Source: Escherichia phage ECD7
Length of the DNA stretch: 64,000 bases
Sequence record: NC_041936.1
Strand: one strand, 5' to 3'
Each line of letters starts with the position of its first letter. Positions within the stretch are counted from its first letter, which is position 1. This document shows, in pieces, positions 48,152 to 56,493 of the stretch. The translations under genes were made by a program, and so were the position numbers. Under the pieces are notes generated by a model. It searched no databases and was not told where the DNA came from. It worked only from the letters and a program-made list of their open reading frames with translations.

Positions 48152-48498
48152 GCCAGACCTCGCAAAACACTAATAGCATAATCATGCTGGTTATTCATAA
48201 TATCAATTGCATTGTGATAACGAGCTAAACCATCAAGGATAAATTCTTGTTTATCCTGTTTCAGTTTGGTATCACGCGCAGCCATAAGAGCATCGAGAAC
48301 AGGTCCAAAGTGATTATCTAATTCATCTTCGGTTGCAATGTTTCCTATTGCCTCGTCGATCCGTGATTCTAATGCTTGCTTTTCGTTGATCACTTGCTGG
48401 GTATATTCCAACACATCAAGAATATCGCGGGTAACGTCGCCATGATAAGGTATTCCCGCATGAAGGTGATCAATTAGTCGTTGAATGTCAATGTTCAT
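48148..48498 (-). CDS. hypothetical protein
   Basis: 116-aa ORF. Confidence 0.4.
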   Translation of the reverse strand: MNIDIQRLIDHLHAGIPYHGDVTRDILDVLEYTQQVINEKQALESRIDEAIGNIATEDELDNHFGPVLDALMAARDTKLKQDKQEFILDGLARYHNAIDIMNNQHDYAISVLRGLA

Positions 48499-48833
48499 TT
48501 GTAACCCTCCTCTGAAAGCACATCCCAGATCGTTGCGTCAAGATGCATTAAATTCCACATAATAGAATCATAACTACCGAAGCCAGAAGTAAAAATTACA
48601 TCACACTGGCGATAAGTCTTATGAAAATCGGTAGCGGTCTCTGCATCAATAGGCATATCGTCACCGGAAAGCACCAGACATTTAAGAATCATAACTCTGT
48701 TAGCCGTTGGCGCTTGCTTAGTCTTTTCAGCATATTTTTCGATGATCCGTTTTGCCTTTTCTTCTTTGATACGTCCAGACCAAATCCGGTTTCGGTATTG
48801 ATTCATAATAATTTCAATCACATCATTTTGCAT
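48495..48833 (-). CDS. hypothetical protein
   Basis: 112-aa ORF. Confidence 0.4.
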   Translation of the reverse strand: MQNDVIEIIMNQYRNRIWSGRIKEEKAKRIIEKYAEKTKQAPTANRVMILKCLVLSGDDMPIDAETATDFHKTYRQCDVIFTSGFGSYDSIMWNLMHLDATIWDVLSEEGYK

Positions 48834-49032
48834 TCTTCACGGTCTCCATAATTGTTTTGTAAGCCAGTTTAAGATGATCACCGAAAAACTTTGCGGTGTT
48901 ACCCTTCGGATCGCGGAGCATGGTTTCTACGATCTCATCGTCAGTAACAATTTCTCCCTTCTTTGCTGCATGTTCTACCATATACTTCAAAGTTTCTTCG
49001 GAGGCAAGTGCTGCGGCTACTGGATTAATCAT
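48823..49032 (-). CDS. hypothetical protein
   Basis: 69-aa ORF after AAGGAG. Confidence 0.4.
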   Translation of the reverse strand: MINPVAAALASEETLKYMVEHAAKKGEIVTDDEIVETMLRDPKGNTAKFFGDHLKLAYKTIMETVKNAK

Positions 49033-49059
49033 TTTGGTTCTCCTTTGTTGTCGATGTGT

Positions 49060-49091
49060 GCATTATGCTATACCCTATTCCGGTTGTCAAC
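49060..49091 (-). promoter_or_regulatory. sigma70-type early promoter (PeSL-like)
   Basis: Minus: TTGACA-17nt-CATAAT. Confidence 0.55.
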
Positions 49092-49099
49092 ACCTAAAA

Positions 49100-49125
49100 A
49101 CGAAAAAGCCACCCTTTCGGATGGC
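49100..49125 (-). terminator. intrinsic terminator
   Basis: Minus: GCCAUCC-gaaag-GGUGGC then UUUUUCGUUUUU. Confidence 0.65.
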
Positions 49126-49359
49126 TTTTGATTATATTTTATTCACGTCCATTTGTATAGTAGTGTTTGAATCGACCTTTGCTAAACTCGTTAAACATAG
49201 TAACCAATTTACCATCCCTTTCCAATGATAACCCTTCCTCGTCTTAGATGGGTCTTCCGATTCGGCAGTAATTGAACACGCGAAAGTATGAGGAAGCCAA
49301 ATGGTTGTGTTAATGCTAGTATTCTTTTACTTCTGGTATGTATCCCAATGTGACTAACA

Positions 49360-49758
49360 TTAAGCCAATCGAGTGAGTTTATAAATTGTTTTAAAGCATA
49401 GAGCTTTGATATCGTCTAAAACGCTCTGTAACGAGCTATCAACATCATTATAAATCTCACTAGCCATTTGCGTTAACTCTTGCAAATAGGCAATTTCGCT
49501 CATCTCCTTGCGGACGACCAACGTTGGCTGATAACGACCAGTGATCCCAATATTGGTTTCAGTGAAATCATCAACCAATTCTTGCATTTCAAGATAGAAC
49601 TCTTCTAGAGCCTTATGTTTTGCATAAGATCCAGGACCAGTTACCCCAAAATGCGCAGAATGCATATAAGTAACACTCATCAGACATTCACCGATAAAGC
49701 GGTCAACTTTATTAGCTTTCCCCTCTTCGGACGTCTTTCGAAAATCACTGAATTTCAT
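49360..49758 (-). CDS. hypothetical protein
   Basis: Internal ATG 49756-49758 (MKFSDFRK...) with GGAGAA SD. Confidence 0.45.
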   Translation of the reverse strand: MKFSDFRKTSEEGKANKVDRFIGECLMSVTYMHSAHFGVTGPGSYAKHKALEEFYLEMQELVDDFTETNIGITGRYQPTLVVRKEMSEIAYLQELTQMASEIYNDVDSSLQSVLDDIKALCFKTIYKLTRLA

Positions 49759-50047
49759 GTTCTCGATTCTCCATATTATGCAACATAACAAACTGTTGTG
49801 CGGCATATTCCCCCATAATAAAACACTGCTTAGAATCCATACATTTACTACGAGCATACATCTTCATAATATGGGCATGAAATTTCTGGCTGGTTTCAAT
49901 GGAAGGAGATATTTTGTTTACATATACTATCATTGCACCGTCGAAATAATCAGTAAAGTCACCAGTTGGATCATATTGATCAGCACTGACACTTCCGACC
50001 GCAGTCAAGCATATTGCCGCTGTTAGAGTTTTACGAATAAATGACAT
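49745..50047 (-). CDS. secreted protein with N-terminal signal peptide
   Basis: MSFIRKTLTAAICLTAVGSVSA signal-like N-terminus; late promoter and SD-sequestering hairpin upstream. Confidence 0.5.
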   Translation of the reverse strand: MSFIRKTLTAAICLTAVGSVSADQYDPTGDFTDYFDGAMIVYVNKISPSIETSQKFHAHIMKMYARSKCMDSKQCFIMGEYAAQQFVMLHNMENREHEIQ

Positions 50048-50051
50048 AAGT

Positions 50052-50095
50052 CATTCCCCCAGATTAAAAATATTCAGTTATATTTATAATCTGGG
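50052..50095 (-). promoter_or_regulatory. late promoter TATAAATA within a 10-bp stem hairpin that pairs with the SD
   Basis: Minus: CCCCAGATTATAAATA...TAATCTGGGGG then ATG; arrangement resembles the T4 soc/e regulatory logic. Confidence 0.55.
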
Positions 50096-50115
50096 GCTTT
50101 ATTTATGATTAACTC

Positions 50116-50712
50116 TTATTTGGTAGTACCGTCAATAAAATGTTTACGGCACACAGAGACATATTTATCCTCTGCACCAACTTCTATTTGAGCACCATCG
50201 CGAATAACATTACCCTCTTTATCTACACGAAGGACCATTGTTGCTTTCTTGCCACAATGACAAATACCCTTCATTTCGACCAGTTTATCAGCAAATGCCA
50301 TTAATGCCGCAGATCCTTCAAATAGATTGCCCTGAAAGTCGGTGCGAAGGCCATAGCACAGTACAGGGATATTTGCATCATCGACAAGCGCACACAAGCC
50401 TAAAACATGCTCTTTAGTCATAAATTGGGCTTCATCTACAAATACAGCATCAGGACGCCATCGATCCGGTCTACGCTTACCTAACGATTCACGATAAACC
50501 AAATCGAAAAGATCATCCGATTTAGTGAAGGTGATCGCTGGAGCACTTAGACCAATTCGGGAAACAACTTCACTTTCTGAATCTCGATTATCAATCGCTG
50601 GCTTAAGAATTAATACTCGCATATCACGTTCGGTATAGTTATAAGCACTTTGTAACAGAGAAGTTGATTTGCCAGCGTTCATAGATGCATAGTAGAAATA
50701 TAGTTGCGCCAT
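50116..50712 (-). CDS. tk: thymidine kinase
   Basis: YFYYASMNAGKST Walker A, Zn-ribbon CxxC...CxxH at C-terminus; 198 aa. Confidence 0.9.
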   Translation of the reverse strand: MAQLYFYYASMNAGKSTSLLQSAYNYTERDMRVLILKPAIDNRDSESEVVSRIGLSAPAITFTKSDDLFDLVYRESLGKRRPDRWRPDAVFVDEAQFMTKEHVLGLCALVDDANIPVLCYGLRTDFQGNLFEGSAALMAFADKLVEMKGICHCGKKATMVLRVDKEGNVIRDGAQIEVGAEDKYVSVCRKHFIDGTTK

Positions 50713-51005
50713 TAATTAATCTCCAAAAATCCAGCAAGACCTAAACCGATATAAGTCCAGATACAAAGGAAAAAGAAGCAAACACCCATAGCAAAGATAA
50801 ATCCGCGTAGTGTCTTTGGATAACCTACCCAATATTCCCGACCATCTTCTAACCGGATCAACTTATTGCCTTGCGAGTCCATATCAACTACAACATGTTT
50901 ATTTCGAGATTGCAATAGATATTGTTTTACAATCTCTACACCCGCCATAATAACAATAACGAAAATAAAAGTCCACACAACAAGATTAATGATAGTCTCA
51001 AGCAT
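50712..51005 (-). CDS. hypothetical membrane protein (two predicted TM helices)
   Basis: 97 aa, hydrophobic N- and C-terminal segments. Confidence 0.45.
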   Translation of the reverse strand: MLETIINLVVWTFIFVIVIMAGVEIVKQYLLQSRNKHVVVDMDSQGNKLIRLEDGREYWVGYPKTLRGFIFAMGVCFFFLCIWTYIGLGLAGFLEIN

Positions 51006-51240
51006 TTTCTATCACCTCCACCCAATCAGGTGTTTCCTGAAAGACTCCTTCACCTTCATGATGGTCGCAACCTTTATTGCTGCAATACATCCACCAATCC
51101 CACATTCCCCACGGTAAACGCTGCATATCGTCGTTACAGCAAGTGAAGATGATAGGCCAACCACATCTACCACAACGGCAGTTTTCCTTCATGTGTGCGG
51201 TATTAGGCTTCTTCATAGATGACTCCAATATAATCGACAT
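50998..51240 (-). CDS. Cys-rich small protein
   Basis: CRCGRCGW...CCND...CSNKGCDHHEGEG. Confidence 0.4.
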   Translation of the reverse strand: MSIILESSMKKPNTAHMKENCRCGRCGWPIIFTCCNDDMQRLPWGMWDWWMYCSNKGCDHHEGEGVFQETPDWVEVIENA

Positions 51241-51407
51241 TTACATTTAGGGCAATGCGGTTCTTTAATATAATACCCGTCTGTCTTTGGAACACTAACA
51301 GGAGCGGTTTTTATATTGTATTCAGTGAAACAACGAAAACAAGTTACGTTTTCTACAGACTGACGTTTCACCCAATCACCGGAATATAGATCATTTTTAT
51401 TTGTCAT
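51213..51407 (-). CDS. zinc-ribbon-like small protein
   Basis: CFRCF...CPKCKC; probable internal ATG at 51405-51407. Confidence 0.4.
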   Translation of the reverse strand: MTNKNDLYSGDWVKRQSVENVTCFRCFTEYNIKTAPVSVPKTDGYYIKEPHCPKCKCRLYWSHL

Positions 51408-51852
51408 ATTCAACCACCACAATGTTAATGTCTGGAGTAGCAATATTAATGATCTCTTCTACACATTCCCACTCAAGGCCACCGATACCGCAACCGATTT
51501 TAGGAATATAGAAAGGCTGTATAGCACCCTCAAAAACATCATTGAGAGACTCAAATCCTTTCAGGATAGCACCATATTCAGCATTTGGACCCGGTCGGAA
51601 TTTGGTATAGAGATTCACCCCGCACCAGTTATAACCATTAACTTGATGCGTCCAGACACTAAACCCACCCAGCTTTTCGACCTTACCGCGAGAAGTTTGC
51701 TTGTCAATCTCTAACGCTTGCGGGAACTCTTTCGCGATCTTCGCAGCAATACCAGCGCCCATAGTATGAAAACAATTACAACCATGAATTAAATGACCGT
51801 TTCCTTGTTTAAACAGGGCGATGAGATCGCCCTTTACAGTATCAATAATCAT
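51397..51852 (-). CDS. macro-domain protein (ADP-ribose binding/processing)
   Basis: GDLIAL...LIHGCNCFHTMGAGIAAKIAKEFP and later IGCGIGGL resemble the macro-domain ligand-binding loops. Confidence 0.65.
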   Translation of the reverse strand: MIIDTVKGDLIALFKQGNGHLIHGCNCFHTMGAGIAAKIAKEFPQALEIDKQTSRGKVEKLGGFSVWTHQVNGYNWCGVNLYTKFRPGPNAEYGAILKGFESLNDVFEGAIQPFYIPKIGCGIGGLEWECVEEIINIATPDINIVVVEYDK

Positions 51853-51867
51853 AATATAAACCTCTCA

Positions 51868-52227
51868 TTAGTCACGGGAAGACAACCCAGCCATAAAACG
51901 GCTTAACAGTGTGTCGCGATAAGCAAAGCATAATTGCTTATCAGGAGCAGTATCACACAAGTTGCGTTTTGTTTTAGCAAAGCTGGCAATACTCAGATCC
52001 CATGCTCGATTTTTTCGTTTTTCGTCTCGACCTTGTTTGTATGCTTCATCAAGTTCGAGCGCGATAAAATCACTACACATGTTATCATCATCACAGAAAG
52101 TTTTAATGATCTTTTTGTTGATCTCAAATCCTTTGTATTCAAACTTTGGATAAGGGCGCTCATTACTAGCAAGCGCACCAGCAGAGAACATCATAGCAAT
52201 CATAGCAATTATTGTCAACTTTTTCAT
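51868..52227 (-). CDS. secreted/periplasmic Cys-containing protein
   Basis: Signal peptide MKKLTIIAMIAMMFSAGALA; four Cys in mature part. Confidence 0.5.
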   Translation of the reverse strand: MKKLTIIAMIAMMFSAGALASNERPYPKFEYKGFEINKKIIKTFCDDDNMCSDFIALELDEAYKQGRDEKRKNRAWDLSIASFAKTKRNLCDTAPDKQLCFAYRDTLLSRFMAGLSSRD

Positions 52228-52234
52228 ATATTCC

Positions 52235-52825
52235 TCAATAGCGTTTAGTCTTAAGAATGCCTTTACTCTTTAGATGGTTAGCCTTTTTTAGTACGTCATC
52301 AGCATAACCTAATCCGGCTTTATAGTTCCATCCAGCATTGTAAGAAGCTAGCGCGAGTCTGATATTACCGTTTCGAATATCCAGCCAGTATGCTAACTCA
52401 TCCATCGCGTAGAATGCAGAAACCTCGCGATTCATGATAAAGTTGATAGTCTGGCGATCACTCATTTTAACACCGCGCTTTGCATTTTTCGCTTTCACCG
52501 TTTTAAGGTAATTTTGAAATAATCCATAAGCATGATGATTTTTCTTTGGTGCTAAGTTTGCACCCGCGCTTGATTCTTGCCATGCGATACCCGCCAGGAT
52601 GTGACCTAAACCCTTTCCGTTATAGCGAATATTCGGATGGTACTTTTTCAACTTACCGCTTTTCTCAAATTGCTCGCCGTATTGATAGGCGAAATGTAAA
52701 TTATCTAGTTGGTGTGCTGTAAAGTTGTCTATCGGCGCTTTTTTGATCGGTGCGCTAGTCGATGCGTGTGTAGCACCAACGGCTAGTGACAGACTCAATA
52801 CTATCGCTTTTAGAACTTTTAACAT
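52235..52825 (-). CDS. lytic transglycosylase (SLT domain) with Sec signal peptide
   Basis: Signal peptide MLKVLKAIVLSLSLAVGATHA; SLT motifs AWQESS, YGLFQ, ASYNAGW. Confidence 0.75.
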   Translation of the reverse strand: MLKVLKAIVLSLSLAVGATHASTSAPIKKAPIDNFTAHQLDNLHFAYQYGEQFEKSGKLKKYHPNIRYNGKGLGHILAGIAWQESSAGANLAPKKNHHAYGLFQNYLKTVKAKNAKRGVKMSDRQTINFIMNREVSAFYAMDELAYWLDIRNGNIRLALASYNAGWNYKAGLGYADDVLKKANHLKSKGILKTKRY

Positions 52826-52859
52826 TAATTTCTCCTGTTTGGCTTAACTTTCTGATTTC

Positions 52860-52890
52860 ATAATATAGCCCTATCACCAGAAAGTCAAGC
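52860..52890 (-). promoter_or_regulatory. sigma70-type early promoter driving the SLT operon
   Basis: Minus: TTGACT-17nt-TATTAT then CAGGAGAAATTA-ATG. Confidence 0.55.
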
Positions 52891-52911
52891 ATTATTTTTA
52901 ACCAATTTCCA

Positions 52912-53334
52912 TTATTGGTCTACCTTCAAAACAACCGCCGACATTTTACCCGCCAGTCGTTTTGGATTCTCTATAATCATTCGGCAGCATAGACCGTGAT
53001 ATGGCTTACCCTCTTCGATTAGATCTACTGTCATCCCGATCCACATGTTACCATCAGTAATTTCTAATCGATTAGGTCGGTTTTCCATTTTCAGGAAGTC
53101 GAAGATCTCCGGCAAACGAGTTTCTATCTTATTGAATAGTTCCATTGTCTTATGTTCATCGATATGACGATCGGTTAGACGGTCGATCATATGCGGACTA
53201 AAGCGAATGAAAATATACTCGCCGTAACCATCATTCAAGCACTTTTCTTTGATCTGCGCATTGGTTTTGCGCATTTCGGTTTCGAAGAATCTACGCAGCT
53301 TACTACGGCGAACATGTACGTTAATTGTTTCCAT
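52912..53334 (-). CDS. regB: RegB site-specific endoribonuclease
   Basis: VHVRRSKLRRFFE, RLEITDGNMWIGMTV, CRMIIENPKRLAGK resemble T4 RegB; ATG 53332-53334. Confidence 0.85.
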   Translation of the reverse strand: METINVHVRRSKLRRFFETEMRKTNAQIKEKCLNDGYGEYIFIRFSPHMIDRLTDRHIDEHKTMELFNKIETRLPEIFDFLKMENRPNRLEITDGNMWIGMTVDLIEEGKPYHGLCCRMIIENPKRLAGKMSAVVLKVDQ

Positions 53335-53338
53335 TTTA

Positions 53339-53674
53339 TTATCCTTTCTTAAACAAATTGCGAATCCAGTATACAAACGGGATCTCTTTAAACTTGAATT
53401 TCTCTATAGTTAATTCTTTAGTAGCAAGATGAATACCATAAGCATCATGTGTCACGATATGCCATTTTCTATAGTCCAAATGTGAACAACCGTCTGGATC
53501 TAGGTTAATAAGAGTTTCTCGCTCACTAGGATTATTTTTCCACAATTTTGTAATAGGATCGCACATAATTCGACCTAGCGTACCATGAATAATCTCACAA
53601 CGGTAAAGTTTTCCAGCAGTGAGATAGGCGCACCCGTCATAGTCGGTATAAACAAACACTTCTTTAACACTCAT
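53339..53674 (-). CDS. small paralog-family protein (GC[SA]HL..W motif)
   Basis: Internal ATG with GGAGTA SD; ...DPDGCSHLDYRKWHIV. Confidence 0.45.
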   Translation of the reverse strand: MSVKEVFVYTDYDGCAYLTAGKLYRCEIIHGTLGRIMCDPITKLWKNNPSERETLINLDPDGCSHLDYRKWHIVTHDAYGIHLATKELTIEKFKFKEIPFVYWIRNLFKKG

Positions 53675-53696
53675 TTTAATACTCCTTTGTTTCGAT

Positions 53697-53732
53697 GGGG
53701 GTATATTACTACCCCCGTTTTGTTGTGTCAAC
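53697..53732 (-). promoter_or_regulatory. sigma70-type early promoter (PeSL-like, GGGGGTA stem-loop)
   Basis: Minus: TTGACA-17nt-TAATAT. Confidence 0.55.
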
Positions 53733-53992
53733 TACTTTTTCAAGATTTTTTTAATTGCGTTCCAAAGACCTTTATTCTCAGGTTGTTTTGGTTCTTCGAT
53801 CAGTGTCCATGTTCGACCGTCTAAGTGTGCACAATTTTTAAGACAAATAAAAATCTGGTGTCCATTATCATCACGGATATAACCACTATTCGCAAATCTT
53901 TCATGTGGTGTATATTCATACAGTGTATTTGGTGTAATATACTTGCGGTTACTATAAGGTGTCATTACATATTTCATGGTACTAACTCCCAT
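53732..53992 (-). CDS. small paralog-family protein
   Basis: ...CLKNCAHLDGRTWTLIEEP. Confidence 0.45.
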   Translation of the reverse strand: MGVSTMKYVMTPYSNRKYITPNTLYEYTPHERFANSGYIRDDNGHQIFICLKNCAHLDGRTWTLIEEPKQPENKGLWNAIKKILKK

Positions 53993-54168
53993 TTATCACC
54001 GCGAAGATGAGAACATCCACCATCAAGAAGGATCGTAATACGAAACCCCGCATCATCTTCAATATACCCGATTGTCGGTGGATTTTCGTCGTCTCGTGCC
54101 GGGGTAAAATCATACATCTTTCCCGGTGTGATATCATTGCCTTTATTGCTATTGGTATAAACTTGCAT
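53974..54168 (-). CDS. small paralog-family protein
   Basis: ...LLDGGCSHLRGDKWELVP. Confidence 0.45.
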   Translation of the reverse strand: MQVYTNSNKGNDITPGKMYDFTPARDDENPPTIGYIEDDAGFRITILLDGGCSHLRGDKWELVP

Positions 54169-54189
54169 TTTCTTAATCTCCTATATTAA

Positions 54190-54888
54190 CTAACCACGGG
54201 TATAGTGTTCCAGAACAACTGTCAGATGAATATATTCTAATAGATCTTTCCAAAAGTCAACATCTGGTTCTTCCGGCATACCGTTTTTCTTTGCCTCTTC
54301 ACGCGCGAGTTTAACACGCTCGTAGAGGTCTTTCAATTCTTCCCGCACATTATCAAATGTTCTTTCTCCTAACTTACACGCTAAAATCGAAGAACGTCGT
54401 GCGAGCGGGAATTGTAGATCACCTGTCTGGTAGATTTCAAGTAGCTGATAACCAACACGCAGAGCATGAGAAAGATCTTTCCAGTTACTGAAATACTTTT
54501 CCGATTTGGCTACCTGTTTCTTGAGATAACCAGACAAACCCCACATACCAACATGATAGAATTTATCGCGATGTGTTCGGATGTATTCCCATTCTCTGGA
54601 GGATTCGATCAACATGTTACTAGGCGCGTGCACCATGTCAATAGCGCCGATATCGCCTTTACATGCCAGATTGATAAACCGTTTTAGACTGAACATATTA
54701 ACGTCAATATCGTCTTTGGTGTTCTTGATCCCTTGACCGCTAGTGCTTTGATCATAGTGTTCTTTCATCGATCCTAAGATAATTTCTTTCGCAGTCGGAA
54801 CAAAGATACCACGATAATCTTTATCTGAATTTTCAGTATCAAGGCCGTATAAGTGAGATCCGAAGACCATTTTAACCATTGTATGCAT
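54190..54888 (-). CDS. Pol-beta superfamily nucleotidyltransferase, unknown substrate
   Basis: FGSHLYGLDTENSDKDY fits the G[GS]x9-13DxD NTase motif; 232 aa. Confidence 0.6.
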   Translation of the reverse strand: MHTMVKMVFGSHLYGLDTENSDKDYRGIFVPTAKEIILGSMKEHYDQSTSGQGIKNTKDDIDVNMFSLKRFINLACKGDIGAIDMVHAPSNMLIESSREWEYIRTHRDKFYHVGMWGLSGYLKKQVAKSEKYFSNWKDLSHALRVGYQLLEIYQTGDLQFPLARRSSILACKLGERTFDNVREELKDLYERVKLAREEAKKNGMPEEPDVDFWKDLLEYIHLTVVLEHYTRG

Positions 54889-54933
54889 AATTAAACCCTC
54901 AGTTGATTAAGAGATTGCATCATATCATCATAA

Positions 54934-54963
54934 AACGAAAAAGCCAACCCTTTTCGGATTGGC
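54934..54963 (-). terminator. intrinsic terminator after the GrcA-like gene
   Basis: Minus: GCCAAUCC-gaaaag-GGUUGGC then UUUUUCGUUUU. Confidence 0.6.
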
Positions 54964-54974
54964 TTGATGAAAAA

Positions 54975-55391
54975 TTAGAGAGATTCGGTAAAGGTACGCG
55001 CGATAACGTCACGCTGCTGGTCTGGAGTCAGACTATTGAAGCGCACTGCGTAACCAGAAACGCGAATTGTAAGCTGCGGGTACTTCTCAGGATGTTCAAC
55101 AGCGTCCAGCAACATTTCTCGTAACAATACGTTAACATTCAAATGCTGACCACCTTCGACAACCGGAGCACCATTATCTACAATGACAGGACGGAAGCTA
55201 GTTGTGTGCAGTGCCAGCGAATCGACGTCTTCTGCGGTGATCACATGGTCTTCTGCGAAAGTTTTACTAACAATTACTTTAGCGCCGATCAGTGCTTTCG
55301 GTTCGGATACCAGAATCATAGGCGCGAAGTGTCCACCAATAATAGTACCTTTATGCTCACCTTTCATGATTTGAATTGCTTTAAATTCCAT
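54975..55391 (-). CDS. autonomous glycyl radical cofactor (GrcA/YfiD-like)
   Basis: C-terminal [12 protein letters not shown]...[34 protein letters not shown] nearly identical to enterobacterial GrcA. Confidence 0.85.
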   Translation of the reverse strand: MEFKAIQIMKGEHKGTIIGGHFAPMILVSEPKALIGAKVIVSKTFAEDHVITAEDVDSLALHTTSFRPVIVDNGAPVVEGGQHLNVNVLLREMLLDAVEHPEKYPQLTIRVSGYAVRFNSLTPDQQRDVIARTFTESL

Positions 55392-55526
55392 AATTCACCT
55401 CTTATAGATCAGGACGTTCGTCATTAATTTTACCAACCAAAACACCATAGAGTTTATCAGGTTGGATTTTACGATTCTTTTTAATTGTAGCACGAAATCG
55501 ACGAGCTACGCTATCTTTATTTTTCA

Positions 55527-56012
55527 TTAGTTGATACCTAAGCCAATGAAAATAGGTTGGTCTTCTACACTACCCCTTCCAACACTAAATCGATTTACTT
55601 CTAAAAACTGCAATACGCTGTCAGTAAATCCGCGCATGGTAGTATCTAGGATAAAAATTGTTTTGTCAAGACTACGACCTCGCCAAGTGATCGGATTCAG
55701 GAAAGTTCGGATAGACGTACAATCTACATTTGAAATATTTACATTTTCACCGCGACCGCGATCTCGGATCGTTTTGGCATGTTCCCGCGTCGTTGAAACG
55801 ATAAAGACACTATAGCCTTTTCTAGTATAATGGTCATATAACTTGATTGTAGCGTCTGTATGCCCTGTCTGACGTCCTAAATTGATTGAGACGATGGAAT
55901 CTAGGTCATCAGCAAAATTGCGTCGCTTACGGCGTTCTATGATGCCATTTACGGCAGAAATACACGCAGCATAAATCAAATCTTTACTTTCTAATTTTAC
56001 ATCAATATTCAT
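55527..56012 (-). CDS. hypothetical protein
   Basis: 161-aa ORF preceded by a 9-bp stem 5'UTR hairpin (56030-56060). Confidence 0.45.
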   Translation of the reverse strand: MNIDVKLESKDLIYAACISAVNGIIERRKRRNFADDLDSIVSINLGRQTGHTDATIKLYDHYTRKGYSVFIVSTTREHAKTIRDRGRGENVNISNVDCTSIRTFLNPITWRGRSLDKTIFILDTTMRGFTDSVLQFLEVNRFSVGRGSVEDQPIFIGLGIN

Positions 56013-56074
56013 GGTAAAGTCTCCAGTGAACGGGGAGAGATCCTTAGATTGTCTCCCCGTTGATGGTTAATATT

Positions 56075-56464
56075 TTATTTTGGATCTGGGTATTTGCTGT
56101 GTGGTAGCTGAAAATGAACACCGTCTTTAAACGATACCCAATCCCCACCCCATTCAACAGAAACACCCAATTCTCGACCAGCTTGTTTAAATGCATCCGC
56201 GATCATGCGGTAGTATTTCATGTTCCATGTATCCTTATCTTTCGGATACGCTACAACGTCAACCGCTAAACCGTGAAGATGACGAGATTTCATAGTCTTA
56301 GATTTACCTTCCGCAACATATTTCTTTTGCGTTTCTAGACTACGTACACCTTCCGTAATACCAAAATCGACCGGAGTCAGTTCTAATGCACGATGAACGA
56401 CTTTTACCAGATCAGGATGCACACCAACAAGCCGATCTTTGCTTCTTTGAGATAATTTAAACAT
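56075..56464 (-). CDS. endolysin, L-alanyl-D-glutamate peptidase (peptidase M15-like)
   Basis: SRHLHGLAVDV and DGVHFQL zinc-ligand motifs; 129 aa; occupies the T4 e (lysozyme) neighbourhood. Confidence 0.8.
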   Translation of the reverse strand: MFKLSQRSKDRLVGVHPDLVKVVHRALELTPVDFGITEGVRSLETQKKYVAEGKSKTMKSRHLHGLAVDVVAYPKDKDTWNMKYYRMIADAFKQAGRELGVSVEWGGDWVSFKDGVHFQLPHSKYPDPK

Positions 56465-56493
56465 TATTCACCCCCCTTTGTGAGTGATAATAT

